Positions 29,457 to 37,902 of a DNA stretch of 42,935 nucleotides are shown piece after piece. The DNA is from Armatimonadota bacterium (lineage in GTDB: Bacteria > Armatimonadota > Hebobacteria > CAIYQO01), in contig JBBRXO010000010.1 of the NCBI GenBank assembly GCA_038248345.1, positions 1 through 42,935 of the forward strand, written 5' to 3'. The position numbers and the translations under genes were made by a program. The notes under the pieces were generated by a model. That model saw nothing but the letters and a program-made list of their open reading frames with translations. It was not told the DNA's origin and did no database searches. Numbering within the stretch: position 1 is the first letter of the stretch; each line of letters starts with the position of its first letter.

Positions 29457-29954
29457 ATGAGACATCGTATCGCCATGAAAAAGATGGGGCGACCTGCCGA
29501 TCAGCGTTTGGCAGTATTGAAGAGCCTGGTGGCTGCAATACTGGAACATGGATACGCCACTACCACCGAAGTGAAAGCGAAGGAAGCTCGTCGCGTCATC
29601 GAGAAGGTTATTACCTTCAGTCGCGTCGACACCATTGCTAATCGTCGTCTGGCACGCCGCTGGATCCCGATGGGCCCCGTAATCAGCACCCGTGAGAAAT
29701 TTGAGAATGTCACTGGTGCGGCACCTGATTATAAAGGGCACCTGAAAGGCGCAGACCGCCGCCCAAGTGGTGAGCGGCTGCTGAAGAAGTTATTCGATGA
29801 AATCGGCCCACGCTTCAAGGATCGTCCAGGTGGCTACCTCCGTCTTATTCATATTGGCGGCGAGTCCCACGTGAACAAAAAGGGCATCCTGACTGTACGT
29901 CCAGGGCGTCGCGGCGATGGCGCTATCCTTGTTAAGATGGAGCTGGTAGATTAG
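29457..29954 (+). CDS. rplQ: 50S ribosomal protein bL17 (with insertions)
   Basis: MRHR, TT..KAKE, KLFDEI.PRF.DRPGGY, RRGDGA. Confidence 0.95.
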   Translation: MRHRIAMKKMGRPADQRLAVLKSLVAAILEHGYATTTEVKAKEARRVIEKVITFSRVDTIANRRLARRWIPMGPVISTREKFENVTGAAPDYKGHLKGADRRPSGERLLKKLFDEIGPRFKDRPGGYLRLIHIGGESHVNKKGILTVRPGRRGDGAILVKMELVD

Positions 29955-29962
29955 GGTTCATT

Positions 29963-30712
29963 ATGCGCACCCTTGCTCTCAAGGTAGCCTATGACGGCAC
30001 CGACTGGTCAGGATTTCAGCGGCAAAGCAGATTTCCTACTATTCAGGATGAATTGGAGAAGGCGCTGAGTAAGACGCTCCGGGAAAAGGTGAGAATATCC
30101 GCCGCCGGGAGAACTGATGCCGGGGTACATGCACTGGGCCAGATGATCAGCCTGAGTACAAATAACCCGATGCCGATTGAACGTATTGAGTGGGTGACCA
30201 ACCGCTTATTACCGGCAACTATCCGGGTCAGACGCGCCCGTGATGTAGCGGATGATTTCAGTGCGCGCTGGTCAGCTTATCATCGACGATATTGGTATGT
30301 AGTGTCACCGGGTATTGCTACCCCCGATCCGATACGCGGACGGTTTAGCTGGCAGGTGCCATCATTATTAGATATCGGGGTTATGTACGAGGCGAGCAGG
30401 CCGCTTATCGGTTTGCACGATTTTTCGGCCTTTGCCCAAAAAGGGTCACCTTCGGTGACTAATTTTCGGACAATACAACGAATTGAGTTCCGGGCGCGTG
30501 GCAATAATGTTATAATAGACATGCAAGCGGATGGATTTCTTTACCGAATGGTACGCATAATGGTGGCCAATCTGGTGGAGATAGGTAGCGGACAAAAACC
30601 GGTGAGCTGGATGGAAGAGCTTCTCCACTCACTGGACCGTCATAAAGCGGGCAGGTGGGCTCCGGCTTGCGGCCTGTATCTAATGAGAATCGGATACCCC
30701 ACGGTGGGGTAG
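29963..30712 (+). CDS. truA: tRNA pseudouridine(38-40) synthase
   Basis: AYDGT..SGFQ, AGRTDAGVHA.GQ, HDFSAF, FLYRMVR, APACGLYL. Confidence 0.96.
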   Translation: MRTLALKVAYDGTDWSGFQRQSRFPTIQDELEKALSKTLREKVRISAAGRTDAGVHALGQMISLSTNNPMPIERIEWVTNRLLPATIRVRRARDVADDFSARWSAYHRRYWYVVSPGIATPDPIRGRFSWQVPSLLDIGVMYEASRPLIGLHDFSAFAQKGSPSVTNFRTIQRIEFRARGNNVIIDMQADGFLYRMVRIMVANLVEIGSGQKPVSWMEELLHSLDRHKAGRWAPACGLYLMRIGYPTVG

Positions 30713-30729
30713 CGATGGAGAAATGAGCA

Positions 30730-31182
30730 ATGAACAGTTTTTTGGCAAAGCCGAATGAGGTAGAGCGGAAGTGGCTAGTAATAGACGCTACTGACCTGGT
30801 GCTCGGACGCATGTCGGCATATGTTGCTGCCATTCTACGCGGCAAGCACAAACCGATCTTTACCCCGAATGTAGATACGGGGGATCATGTGATCATCATC
30901 AATGCGGAAAAGGTGCGCGTCACCTCTAACAAATTGCAGACAAAGATCAAATATCGCTACAGTGGATACCCGGGTGGGCAGACTGCCACGCCACTGGGTA
31001 AGCTGATGGAAAAGAACCCTGCCGAAACCGTCCGCCAGGTAATCAAGGGTATGTTACCGCATACCGCCCTGGGACGTAAAATGGCATTAAAGTTACAGGT
31101 ATACGCTGGTGGTGAGCATCCTCACGAAGCGCAAATGCCCGTCAATCATACCGAAGAGATTCGGCAACACCTGAGCCGGTAA
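30730..31182 (+). CDS. rplM: 50S ribosomal protein uL13
   Basis: LRGKHKP.FTP.VDTGD, SGYPGG, KGMLP, HPHEAQ. Confidence 0.97.
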   Translation: MNSFLAKPNEVERKWLVIDATDLVLGRMSAYVAAILRGKHKPIFTPNVDTGDHVIIINAEKVRVTSNKLQTKIKYRYSGYPGGQTATPLGKLMEKNPAETVRQVIKGMLPHTALGRKMALKLQVYAGGEHPHEAQMPVNHTEEIRQHLSR

Positions 31183-31193
31183 GGAGGCATATC

Positions 31194-31583
31194 TTGGCTG
31201 AGTTTTATTACGGAACTGGACATCGAAAGAATGCCACCGCTAAAGTGTGGCTGCGCGAAGGTAGCGGGAAGATCACCGTCAATGGTGTTTCCCTGCATCA
31301 GTACTTCTGTCGTATGACACTGGAAGAGCAGGCAGTTTCACCGCTGACCGTCTCATCCCTGGGCCCACAGTTTGATGTAACGGTTAAGTGTCTGGGCGGC
31401 GGCAACAGCGGCCAGTCCGGGGCCATGCGCCACGGCATTGCCCGTGCGCTGGTGCAGTATGATGAAGCATTACGCAAATTGATGCGCACCTACGGCATGA
31501 TGACCCGCGATGCCCGCGTCAAAGAGCGTAAGAAAATTGGTAAGAAGCGCGCACGTCGCGGTTTCCAGTTCTCCAAGCGCTAA
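31194..31583 (+). CDS. rpsI: 30S ribosomal protein uS9
   Basis: GGG.SGQ.GA.RHGIARAL, TRDAR.KERKK, QFSKR. TTG start with SD AGGAGG. Confidence 0.97.
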   Translation: MAEFYYGTGHRKNATAKVWLREGSGKITVNGVSLHQYFCRMTLEEQAVSPLTVSSLGPQFDVTVKCLGGGNSGQSGAMRHGIARALVQYDEALRKLMRTYGMMTRDARVKERKKIGKKRARRGFQFSKR

Positions 31584-31604
31584 TCGAGCGCATACTGGTA
31601 ATAC

Positions 31605-31650
31605 ATACAGAAACACCGCCCAGAGTTATCCGGGCGGTGTTTCTGTGTAT
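31605..31650. terminator. Strong hairpin, probably a bidirectional terminator after rpsI
   Basis: 14-bp perfect stem CAGAAACACCGCCC/GGGCGGTGTTTCTG between convergent genes; a second hairpin follows at about 31660-31692. Confidence 0.75.
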
Positions 31651-31710
31651 ATTATTCTGCTCCCCGGCCCTTTTCTGGAAAGGCCGGAGAGAAGGCAATC
31701 CCGAGACTGT

Positions 31711-32058
31711 CTAATCGTCGCCACCGCCGATACCGCCGAGGATATCACCGAGCCAGCTTCCTTTACGTTTCTGTTGGCTCCCCGAGCCGGAGCGTGAGTC
31801 GTAGCGGGTGTCATGGCTTTCGTGACTATCGCGCTTATCGCGGCGGTCATGGTCGTCGTGGTCATCATGGTCGCGCCGCGGAGCGGCGTTGTTGTATTCT
31901 GACGGGCGCTGATCGTAATTACCGCTGTTTTCCATCGCGATGAGTTTATCCAGCTCACCACGATCAAGCCAGACTCCTTTGCAACCAGGGCAAATATCGA
32001 TTTCTACGCCATTGCGCATAACTGGGCGCATACGGTCGTCACATACTGGGCAATTCAT
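31711..32058 (-). CDS. zf-TFIIB zinc-ribbon domain protein
   Basis: MNCPVC...GVEIDICPGCKGVWLDRGELDKLI, a D/H/R-rich tail and KRKGSWLGDI. SD AAGGAG. Confidence 0.9.
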   Translation of the reverse strand: MNCPVCDDRMRPVMRNGVEIDICPGCKGVWLDRGELDKLIAMENSGNYDQRPSEYNNAAPRRDHDDHDDHDRRDKRDSHESHDTRYDSRSGSGSQQKRKGSWLGDILGGIGGGDD

Positions 32059-32151
32059 AGTGTACTCCTTTTATTTTTGAGATGGCGCGGCATTACCGCG
32101 ACCGGGATAGAAGACGAAGCAAGGGCGTGATATGCCATACGGAAGGGAAGT

Positions 32152-32442
32152 TTAGGCAGTTTTCGGTGGTTGGAAGACCGAGAAACGAATTGTACGGGAA
32201 GATGCGACAGGCACATCCGATATTACTACTGATGGGGCGGCAGGTATCAATTGAGGAAGTGATACCGGAATGACGACCAATATATCCATATCGTCAAGGT
32301 CAGCTATTTCGTATGTAGTTGCAGGTGTCGCTGTGTGAGCGCTAATCGCAACACATTCCATATGCGCAACAAATAACCCGACCACTAGCAATAGCAACGT
32401 TAAAATTCCCAGTAACCGACGATATTGCCGTACGGAATGCAT
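32152..32442 (-). CDS. Small membrane/secreted protein; candidate arrest-peptide uORF
   Basis: Basic N-terminus, hydrophobic segment, H-M-E-C...H, Pro-rich linker, C-terminal VFQPPKTA. Confidence 0.6.
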   Translation of the reverse strand: MHSVRQYRRLLGILTLLLLVVGLFVAHMECVAISAHTATPATTYEIADLDDMDILVVIPVSLPQLIPAAPSVVISDVPVASSRTIRFSVFQPPKTA

Positions 32443-32449
32443 ACTAGAG

Positions 32450-32479
32450 ATTATCTCTTATTGGGTATCTGGATGTCAA
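32450..32479 (-). promoter_or_regulatory. sigma70-like promoter for the 96-aa ORF (leaderless)
   Basis: On the minus strand TTGACA, 18 bp, GATAAT, 7 nt, ATG. Confidence 0.5.
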
Positions 32480-32541
32480 ATACGACGTATATTATTGTAT
32501 TTATAATGGTTTAGGCATAAAATACCTACATAGGGAATTAC

Positions 32542-33129
32542 ATGAGTATGGCGATGCGCAAAGAAGATATTAGCTACACTTACAGCGATTATCTCACCTG
32601 GGATGACGGTAAGCGCCGGGAGATTATTGACGGTGTTGTGTATGATATGTCACCTGCGCCAACGGTGGATCACCAGGGAATATCTGGATATCTGTTCAAT
32701 CAGATTTATAACTTCACTATCTAAAAGCCGTGCAACGTATAAAGCGCCCCCTTCGATGTTGTCTTGCCGAAAGCAAACGAGAGTGAGGACGAGGCAGTGA
32801 CGGTAGTGCAACCGGACATCGTAGTTATTTGTGATAAGAACAAATTGACTAAGCTTGGTTGTACCGGTGCGCCAGATATGATAATAGAGATCCTCTCACC
32901 CAGCACAGCGAAAAAAGATATGACCGTTAAGATGAAGCTCTATCAACGAGCAGGTGTACGCGAACTGTGGGTAGTGCATCCCGAAGAGAAATGGGTACAA
33001 ATATTTATTTTTAGCGAGGGCAATTTAGCCAGTATGCAATCATTCGATGACTCAGGTCATCCCGATGTGAGCGTGCTGCCCGGATTGACGATTGAATTGC
33101 CGCGGGTGTTCGCTGCGGCAGAATTTTAG
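32542..33129 (+). pseudogene. Uma2-family (PD-(D/E)xK) endonuclease with two in-frame TAA stops
   Basis: One frame reads YTYSDYLTW...REIIDG..YDMSPAP...H...QIYNFTI*KPCNV*SAPFDV...VVQPD...GAPD.IIEILSPST...K..LYQRAGVRE. Stops are at 32722-32724 and 32740-32742. Confidence 0.88.
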
Positions 33130-33138
33130 CAACTATCC

Positions 33139-33456
33139 CGTAACTGTTCAGAGTCTAAGGTCTCTGATCGACCTAATCATTGGATATTCATACAAACAAG
33201 TTGTAGGTATTTCCGAAGAACGTGGTACTAATGGCAATAACCAAATAGTGAGATACTAACATAGCCCCAGGCGCAACCCGGGGAAGGGGTTAAAACACTA
33301 CTGTGAAATGTTCATAAAACCTACCCCGGGCTTCATCCAAGGCTACGTTAGTATCCGTTTGAAAGCTATTGTACCCTAGTAGCCTATGTATTGAATCGGG
33401 TCGTGGGCGAAGCCCACGTTAGGTTGATCTGAGACTTCCAACTCTGGACAGTTACG
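33139..33456. mobile_element. Non-autonomous MITE-like foldback element, 318 bp
   Basis: 38-bp imperfect terminal inverted repeats (31/38) starting CGTAACTG. Flanks CTATCC / ATATCC resemble a target-site duplication. Internal nested inverted repeats; no ORF. Confidence 0.65.
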
Positions 33457-33539
33457 ATATCCCCGCATGCTAGCGTATTATGCGCCTCGGGTGTATAATA
33501 TTCATTGTCTTTGATCCTTTAGAAGTTGGGGTAGAATTC

Positions 33540-34613
33540 ATGCGCTTGAACTGGACAATAACATTAGTGGGAATTCTTTGCGTCTTTGCATTGCTTGGGC
33601 AAGTGGCATATGCGCAGGAGCCGACAAATTATCAGGTATATTCGGTTGTCGCTGGAGATACGATAACCTCTGTTGCCGACACGATGAAGGTTACCGAGAG
33701 TGCAATTCTATCTTTCAATGATCTAACCGCCGGAGCAGTGCTGAAATCTGGCGATATCCTCATAATTCCTACCGCTCTTGAGTATGCGGCCAAGCCGAAG
33801 GCACCGGTACAAAGCGCAGGCACGCAACCTGCCACCATTACCTACCAGACCGGCACAGCAACCGCAACAGCAGCAGGCGGAATGAACCGCTATGGACAGG
33901 TGACTCCTGCACCAGTTAATGTGCCAGCAATGTCACCAAAATCACTCGATGAGTTAGTTCTCGATATTGAAAAAGTCCCGACAGCCGGAAATGTAACCTG
34001 CAAGGTTGCGCTCTGTACTAACGAAAAACCATTAATGTATGCTGATCCAGAGTGCTCCACTGTCATTTGGGATAAAAATACACGCGGCCAGAAGGTGCAG
34101 GTGAGTGGTAAAAAAGGGACGGCATACGCGGTGATGATGGCCGACGGCTCCACCGCCTGGATGCGCAAATCTGATATCCGCGTTACGAAAGAGCAGATTA
34201 CCGCAATTCGAGTTGCCCCCGTCGCTCCGGTTAAAATAGAAGTGGCAGGACGCGGAGATTTAATTGCGACGGCGAAGACCTATCTGGGGATGCCCTACAA
34301 ATATGGCGGCAATGGCAAAACAAATATCGATTGTAGTCTTTTCGTGAAGCAGGTATTTGCGGAGCACGGAATTACACTCCCCCGTACCGCCCATGAACAG
34401 GCGGAGATTGGCAACTATATAGAAAAGGAAGACCTGATCGCCGGTGACCGTCTATATTTTTACGAACGGAACAATCGTGGTCATATCGGTCACACCGGTC
34501 TCTATATCGGTGATGGTCAGTTTATTCACGCATCGAGTAATCAAGGCGAAGTGGCGATATCTAATCTGTTTGATAGAGCTTACACTTCCATTTACGCCTG
34601 GGCCAAGCGCTAA
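33540..34613 (+). CDS. Secreted LysM + NlpC/P60 cell-wall peptidase
   Basis: Signal peptide (AYA-Q), LysM (YSVVAGDTITSVA...FNDL...LIIP), NlpC/P60 (YLGMPYKYGG, DCS, LPRTA..Q, GHTGLY, FIHASS). Confidence 0.92.
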   Translation: MRLNWTITLVGILCVFALLGQVAYAQEPTNYQVYSVVAGDTITSVADTMKVTESAILSFNDLTAGAVLKSGDILIIPTALEYAAKPKAPVQSAGTQPATITYQTGTATATAAGGMNRYGQVTPAPVNVPAMSPKSLDELVLDIEKVPTAGNVTCKVALCTNEKPLMYADPECSTVIWDKNTRGQKVQVSGKKGTAYAVMMADGSTAWMRKSDIRVTKEQITAIRVAPVAPVKIEVAGRGDLIATAKTYLGMPYKYGGNGKTNIDCSLFVKQVFAEHGITLPRTAHEQAEIGNYIEKEDLIAGDRLYFYERNNRGHIGHTGLYIGDGQFIHASSNQGEVAISNLFDRAYTSIYAWAKR

Positions 34614-34638
34614 CGCGCTGATATAGAAAGTAGCAGTC

Positions 34639-35688
34639 ATGATCTCTACACCAATTCGCGTCGCCATCCTGGGGGCGACCGGCTACGGCGGTGTTGAACT
34701 CCTCCGCTGGCTGGGGGGCCACCCCGCCGCGCAGGTAGTCGCCGCCTCTTCTGAAACATCCGCCGGTAAACCGCTTTCCGCTGTTTATCCGCACCTCACC
34801 GGGCTAGATTTAACCCTGCTCCCGGCGGCGGAGGCACGCTTCGCCGGCGACCCGCAGGTGGTATTCTGCGCACTGCCCAACGGGCAGGCGATGCACCTGG
34901 CGCCCGAGCTGCTGGCGCGAGGGGTGAAGGTCATCGACCTCTCCGCCGACTTCCGCCTGCGCGACGCTACCGTGTATGAGCAGTTTTATCTGAAACACAG
35001 CTCACCGGAGTTACTCGCCAGAGCCGCCTACGGCCTGCCAGAGTTATTCCGCGCTGAGATCGAGGGTAGTAGCCTAGTGGCCAACCCCGGCTGTTTCCCC
35101 ACCACGGCGTTGCTGGCACTGCTACCGCTGTTGCGCGCGGGGGTAATCTCGCCGTGCAATATCATCGTGGACAGCAAGTCCGGCATCAGCGGGGCGGGGC
35201 GCACTGCGTTGAAGACGCCGTACCTGTACGCCGAGGCGAATGAGGATGTGATGGCCTATAATATCGGCACGCATCGCCACACGCCGGAGATCGAGCAGCA
35301 GCTGACCACTGCAGGCGTCGGAGACGGTCTGATCACCTTCACGCCACATCTGATACCGATGACACGCGGCATCTTCACCACGGCATATGCCACACTGGAA
35401 AATGATGTCTGCACGGCAGACCTGCTGGAGATATATCAGCAGATATATGAAGGTTCGGCCTTCGTAAAAGTGCTGGATGCACAGACGTTGCCGCACACTA
35501 AATGGTGTACCGGTAGCAACCGTGCCTTCGTAACCGCACGCGTGGATGCGCGCACCGGGCGGGTTAGCGCCTTCAGCGCCATCGACAACCTGGGCAAGGG
35601 GATGGCCGGACAAGCGGTGCAGAATATGAATATCCTCTTCGGGTTGCCAGAGGACACCGGGCTGCAGGCGCCGGCGCTGTACCCGTAA
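34639..35688 (+). CDS. argC: N-acetyl-gamma-glutamyl-phosphate reductase
   Basis: GATGYGG, IDLSADFRL, VANPGCFPT, SGISGAGR, HRHTPEI, DNLGKG.AGQAVQN. Confidence 0.96.
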   Translation: MISTPIRVAILGATGYGGVELLRWLGGHPAAQVVAASSETSAGKPLSAVYPHLTGLDLTLLPAAEARFAGDPQVVFCALPNGQAMHLAPELLARGVKVIDLSADFRLRDATVYEQFYLKHSSPELLARAAYGLPELFRAEIEGSSLVANPGCFPTTALLALLPLLRAGVISPCNIIVDSKSGISGAGRTALKTPYLYAEANEDVMAYNIGTHRHTPEIEQQLTTAGVGDGLITFTPHLIPMTRGIFTTAYATLENDVCTADLLEIYQQIYEGSAFVKVLDAQTLPHTKWCTGSNRAFVTARVDARTGRVSAFSAIDNLGKGMAGQAVQNMNILFGLPEDTGLQAPALYP

Positions 35689-35699
35689 GGAGGCCTGAA

Positions 35700-36911
35700 T
35701 TGAATTCAAAATGTACGATAATTCCTGCCGGGGGCATCACTTCGCCACGCGGTTTCCGTGCGGCGGGAATTGCCTGCGGGCTAAAAAAAACCGGGCTTGA
35801 TCTGATGTTGCTGGTCGCGGAGCGGGAATGTTCGGTGGCAGGCGTCTTCACAAAGAGCGTCTTCAAGGCCGCGCCAGTTGTGTTCTCCCATCGTAGAGTG
35901 AAGGCCGGGCGTGCGCAGGCAGTGGTGATCAACAGCGGCGTCGCCAACGCCGTCACCGGGATGGAGGGGATGGCGCGATGCGAGCAGATGGCCGCCAATG
36001 TCGCCGCCGCCGCCAGCGTGGAGGAAGAGCTGGTTCTCGTTTGCTCTACTGGCGTGATCGGGCGGCAACTGCCGATGGACAACATTAACTATGGCATCGT
36101 CGCGGCGGCAGGGCAGCTCACCCACGAGGGTGGTGCGGACGCAGCACTGGCGATAATGACCACCGACACCCACCCGAAAGAGATCGCCATTGAGGTGCAG
36201 ACCAGCGTCGGTATCATCCGCGTGGGCGGCATGGCCAAAGGCTCCGGGATGATCGCCCCCAACATGGCCACCATGCTCTCGGTGCTCACCACCGATGCGC
36301 AGATCAACCCGCAGACGCTGCAGTCGGCGCTGACTAACGCCGTCAACCGCTCCTTTAACCGCGTCACCGTGGATGGCGACACCAGCACCAACGACACCGT
36401 GCTGCTCCTCGCCAGCGGAGTGACGGGCATCCGGCTGGAGCAGGGAACAGAGGACTTCGCCGCCTTCGAGTGCGCGCTGCGCCAGGTGACCAAGACGCTG
36501 GCCAAAGAGATTGCCCGCGACGGCGAAGGCGCAACCAAGCTGGTGGAGGTGCGCGTGAACGGCGCGGCGGATGAGGCGACGGCGGCAGTAATTGCCAAGA
36601 CCATCGCCAACAGCCCGCTGGTGAAGACGGCGCTCTTCGGTAATGACCCCAACTGGGGCCGCATCCTCGCTGCCGCCGGCAGAGCCGGGGTATGCTTCTG
36701 TGCCGAGAAAATCGACCTTGACCTGGCCGGAGTACCGGTTGTCCGCGCCGGGGAGCCAGTGCCCTTCGACAAAGACACCACCTCTGACGCCATGAAGGTG
36801 AAGGAGCTGACCATCGAGCTGACGCTGGGCGAAGGAGAAGCCCGTGCCATCGTCTGGACGTGCGACTTTAGCTATGAATACGTTAAGATTAACGCGGATT
36901 ATACTACATGA
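35700..36911 (+). CDS. argJ: Ornithine acetyltransferase / amino-acid acetyltransferase
   Basis: STGVIG, IMTTDT, KGSGMIAPNMATML, DGDTSTND, RDGEGATK, DPNWGR. TTG start with SD AGGAGG. Confidence 0.96.
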   Translation: MNSKCTIIPAGGITSPRGFRAAGIACGLKKTGLDLMLLVAERECSVAGVFTKSVFKAAPVVFSHRRVKAGRAQAVVINSGVANAVTGMEGMARCEQMAANVAAAASVEEELVLVCSTGVIGRQLPMDNINYGIVAAAGQLTHEGGADAALAIMTTDTHPKEIAIEVQTSVGIIRVGGMAKGSGMIAPNMATMLSVLTTDAQINPQTLQSALTNAVNRSFNRVTVDGDTSTNDTVLLLASGVTGIRLEQGTEDFAAFECALRQVTKTLAKEIARDGEGATKLVEVRVNGAADEATAAVIAKTIANSPLVKTALFGNDPNWGRILAAAGRAGVCFCAEKIDLDLAGVPVVRAGEPVPFDKDTTSDAMKVKELTIELTLGEGEARAIVWTCDFSYEYVKINADYTT

Positions 36912-36980
36912 GTCACTAGTCGCTAGTCACGAGTCATTTCAATCAGGACTAGAGGCTAGCGACTAGTGACTAAAAGGACT
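36911..36980. repeat. Inverted array of heptamer repeats (AGTCACT-like) between argJ and argB
   Basis: AGTCACT AGTCGCT AGTCACG AGTCATT ... AGCGACT AGTGACT; perfect 16-bp stem 36911-36926 / 36956-36971. Confidence 0.8.
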
Positions 36981-36984
36981 AACG

Positions 36985-37890
36985 ATGCAAACCTTCTTTG
37001 AACATGCGCAGACTATTGCGGAGACGTTGCCTTATCTGCAGCGGCACCTGGGCACCACGGTATTGATCAAATACGGCGGGGCGGCGATGACCGACCCGAA
37101 AGTGCGCATGAAGGTGCTGAAGGATGTGGTACTGCTGCGCCTGGTGGGGATGAACCCCATCATTGTGCATGGCGGTGGGCCGGAGATTAACTGCATGATC
37201 GACCGCCTGGGCATGGAGACGGAGAAGGTGTGCGGCTACCGCGTTACCGACGCCGCTACCATGGAGGTGGTGGAGAACGTGCTCGCGGGCGGCACCAACA
37301 AGAGCATCGTGCGCGATATCAACCAGGTGGGCGGCAACGCGGTGGGCATCTGCGGCAAAGACGGCCACCTGCTGCGCGTGACTAAGTTCATGCCCGAGGG
37401 CGAGGACATCGGCTTTGTGGGCGAGGTGGCCGAGGTACGCCCGCAGCTCATTCGCGACCTGGTGGCCGCTGGCTACTTGCCGGTCATCGCTCCCATCGGC
37501 TATGATGAGAATGGCCAGAGCTACAACATCAACGCCGACACCGCCGCCGCCGCCATCGCCGGTGCGCTGGGCGCGGATAAGTTTATCATGCTCACCGACG
37601 TGCCCGGCGTGCTGCTCGATATCAACGACCCCAATTCGCTCATCACCTCGCTCACGCAGACAGACGCCGACGCGCTCATCGACAGCAAGCAGATATCCGG
37701 CGGGATGATCCCCAAAATCACCGCCTGCCTTGACGCACTGCAGCGCGGCGTCGCCCGCTGCCACATCATCGACGGCCGCCAGCCCCACGCCCTGCTGGTA
37801 GAGCTTTTCACCGACGGCGGCATCGGCACCATGGTGGTGCCAGATGCGGTAGACACCTGCCCGTCGGTGAAGATGCCGGCAGGGCGGTAG
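36985..37890 (+). CDS. argB: Acetylglutamate kinase
   Basis: IKYGGAAM, VHGGGPEI, GYRVTD, YNINAD, GGMIPK, ELFTDGGIGT. Confidence 0.96.
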   Translation: MQTFFEHAQTIAETLPYLQRHLGTTVLIKYGGAAMTDPKVRMKVLKDVVLLRLVGMNPIIVHGGGPEINCMIDRLGMETEKVCGYRVTDAATMEVVENVLAGGTNKSIVRDINQVGGNAVGICGKDGHLLRVTKFMPEGEDIGFVGEVAEVRPQLIRDLVAAGYLPVIAPIGYDENGQSYNINADTAAAAIAGALGADKFIMLTDVPGVLLDINDPNSLITSLTQTDADALIDSKQISGGMIPKITACLDALQRGVARCHIIDGRQPHALLVELFTDGGIGTMVVPDAVDTCPSVKMPAGR

Positions 37891-37902
37891 TAGGAGTATA
37901 AA

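Noticed and set aside
32059..32151. yybP-ykoY or other known riboswitch upstream of the zf-TFIIB gene
   Set aside because: I could not see the expected conserved motifs by eye; an Rfam scan would be needed to exclude it fully.
3018..33129. Stop-codon reassignment (TAA read-through) to explain the HEPN and Uma2 stops
   Set aside because: TAA terminates many conserved genes here (rplB, rpsS, rpsQ, rpmJ, rpsI), and the four internal stops do not obviously correspond to one amino acid.
33139..33456. tmRNA, RNase P RNA, 6S or SRP RNA identity for the structured element
   Set aside because: It lacks tRNA-like ends and RNase P/SRP consensus motifs and is too long for 6S; terminal repeats with a near-duplicated flank fit a MITE better.
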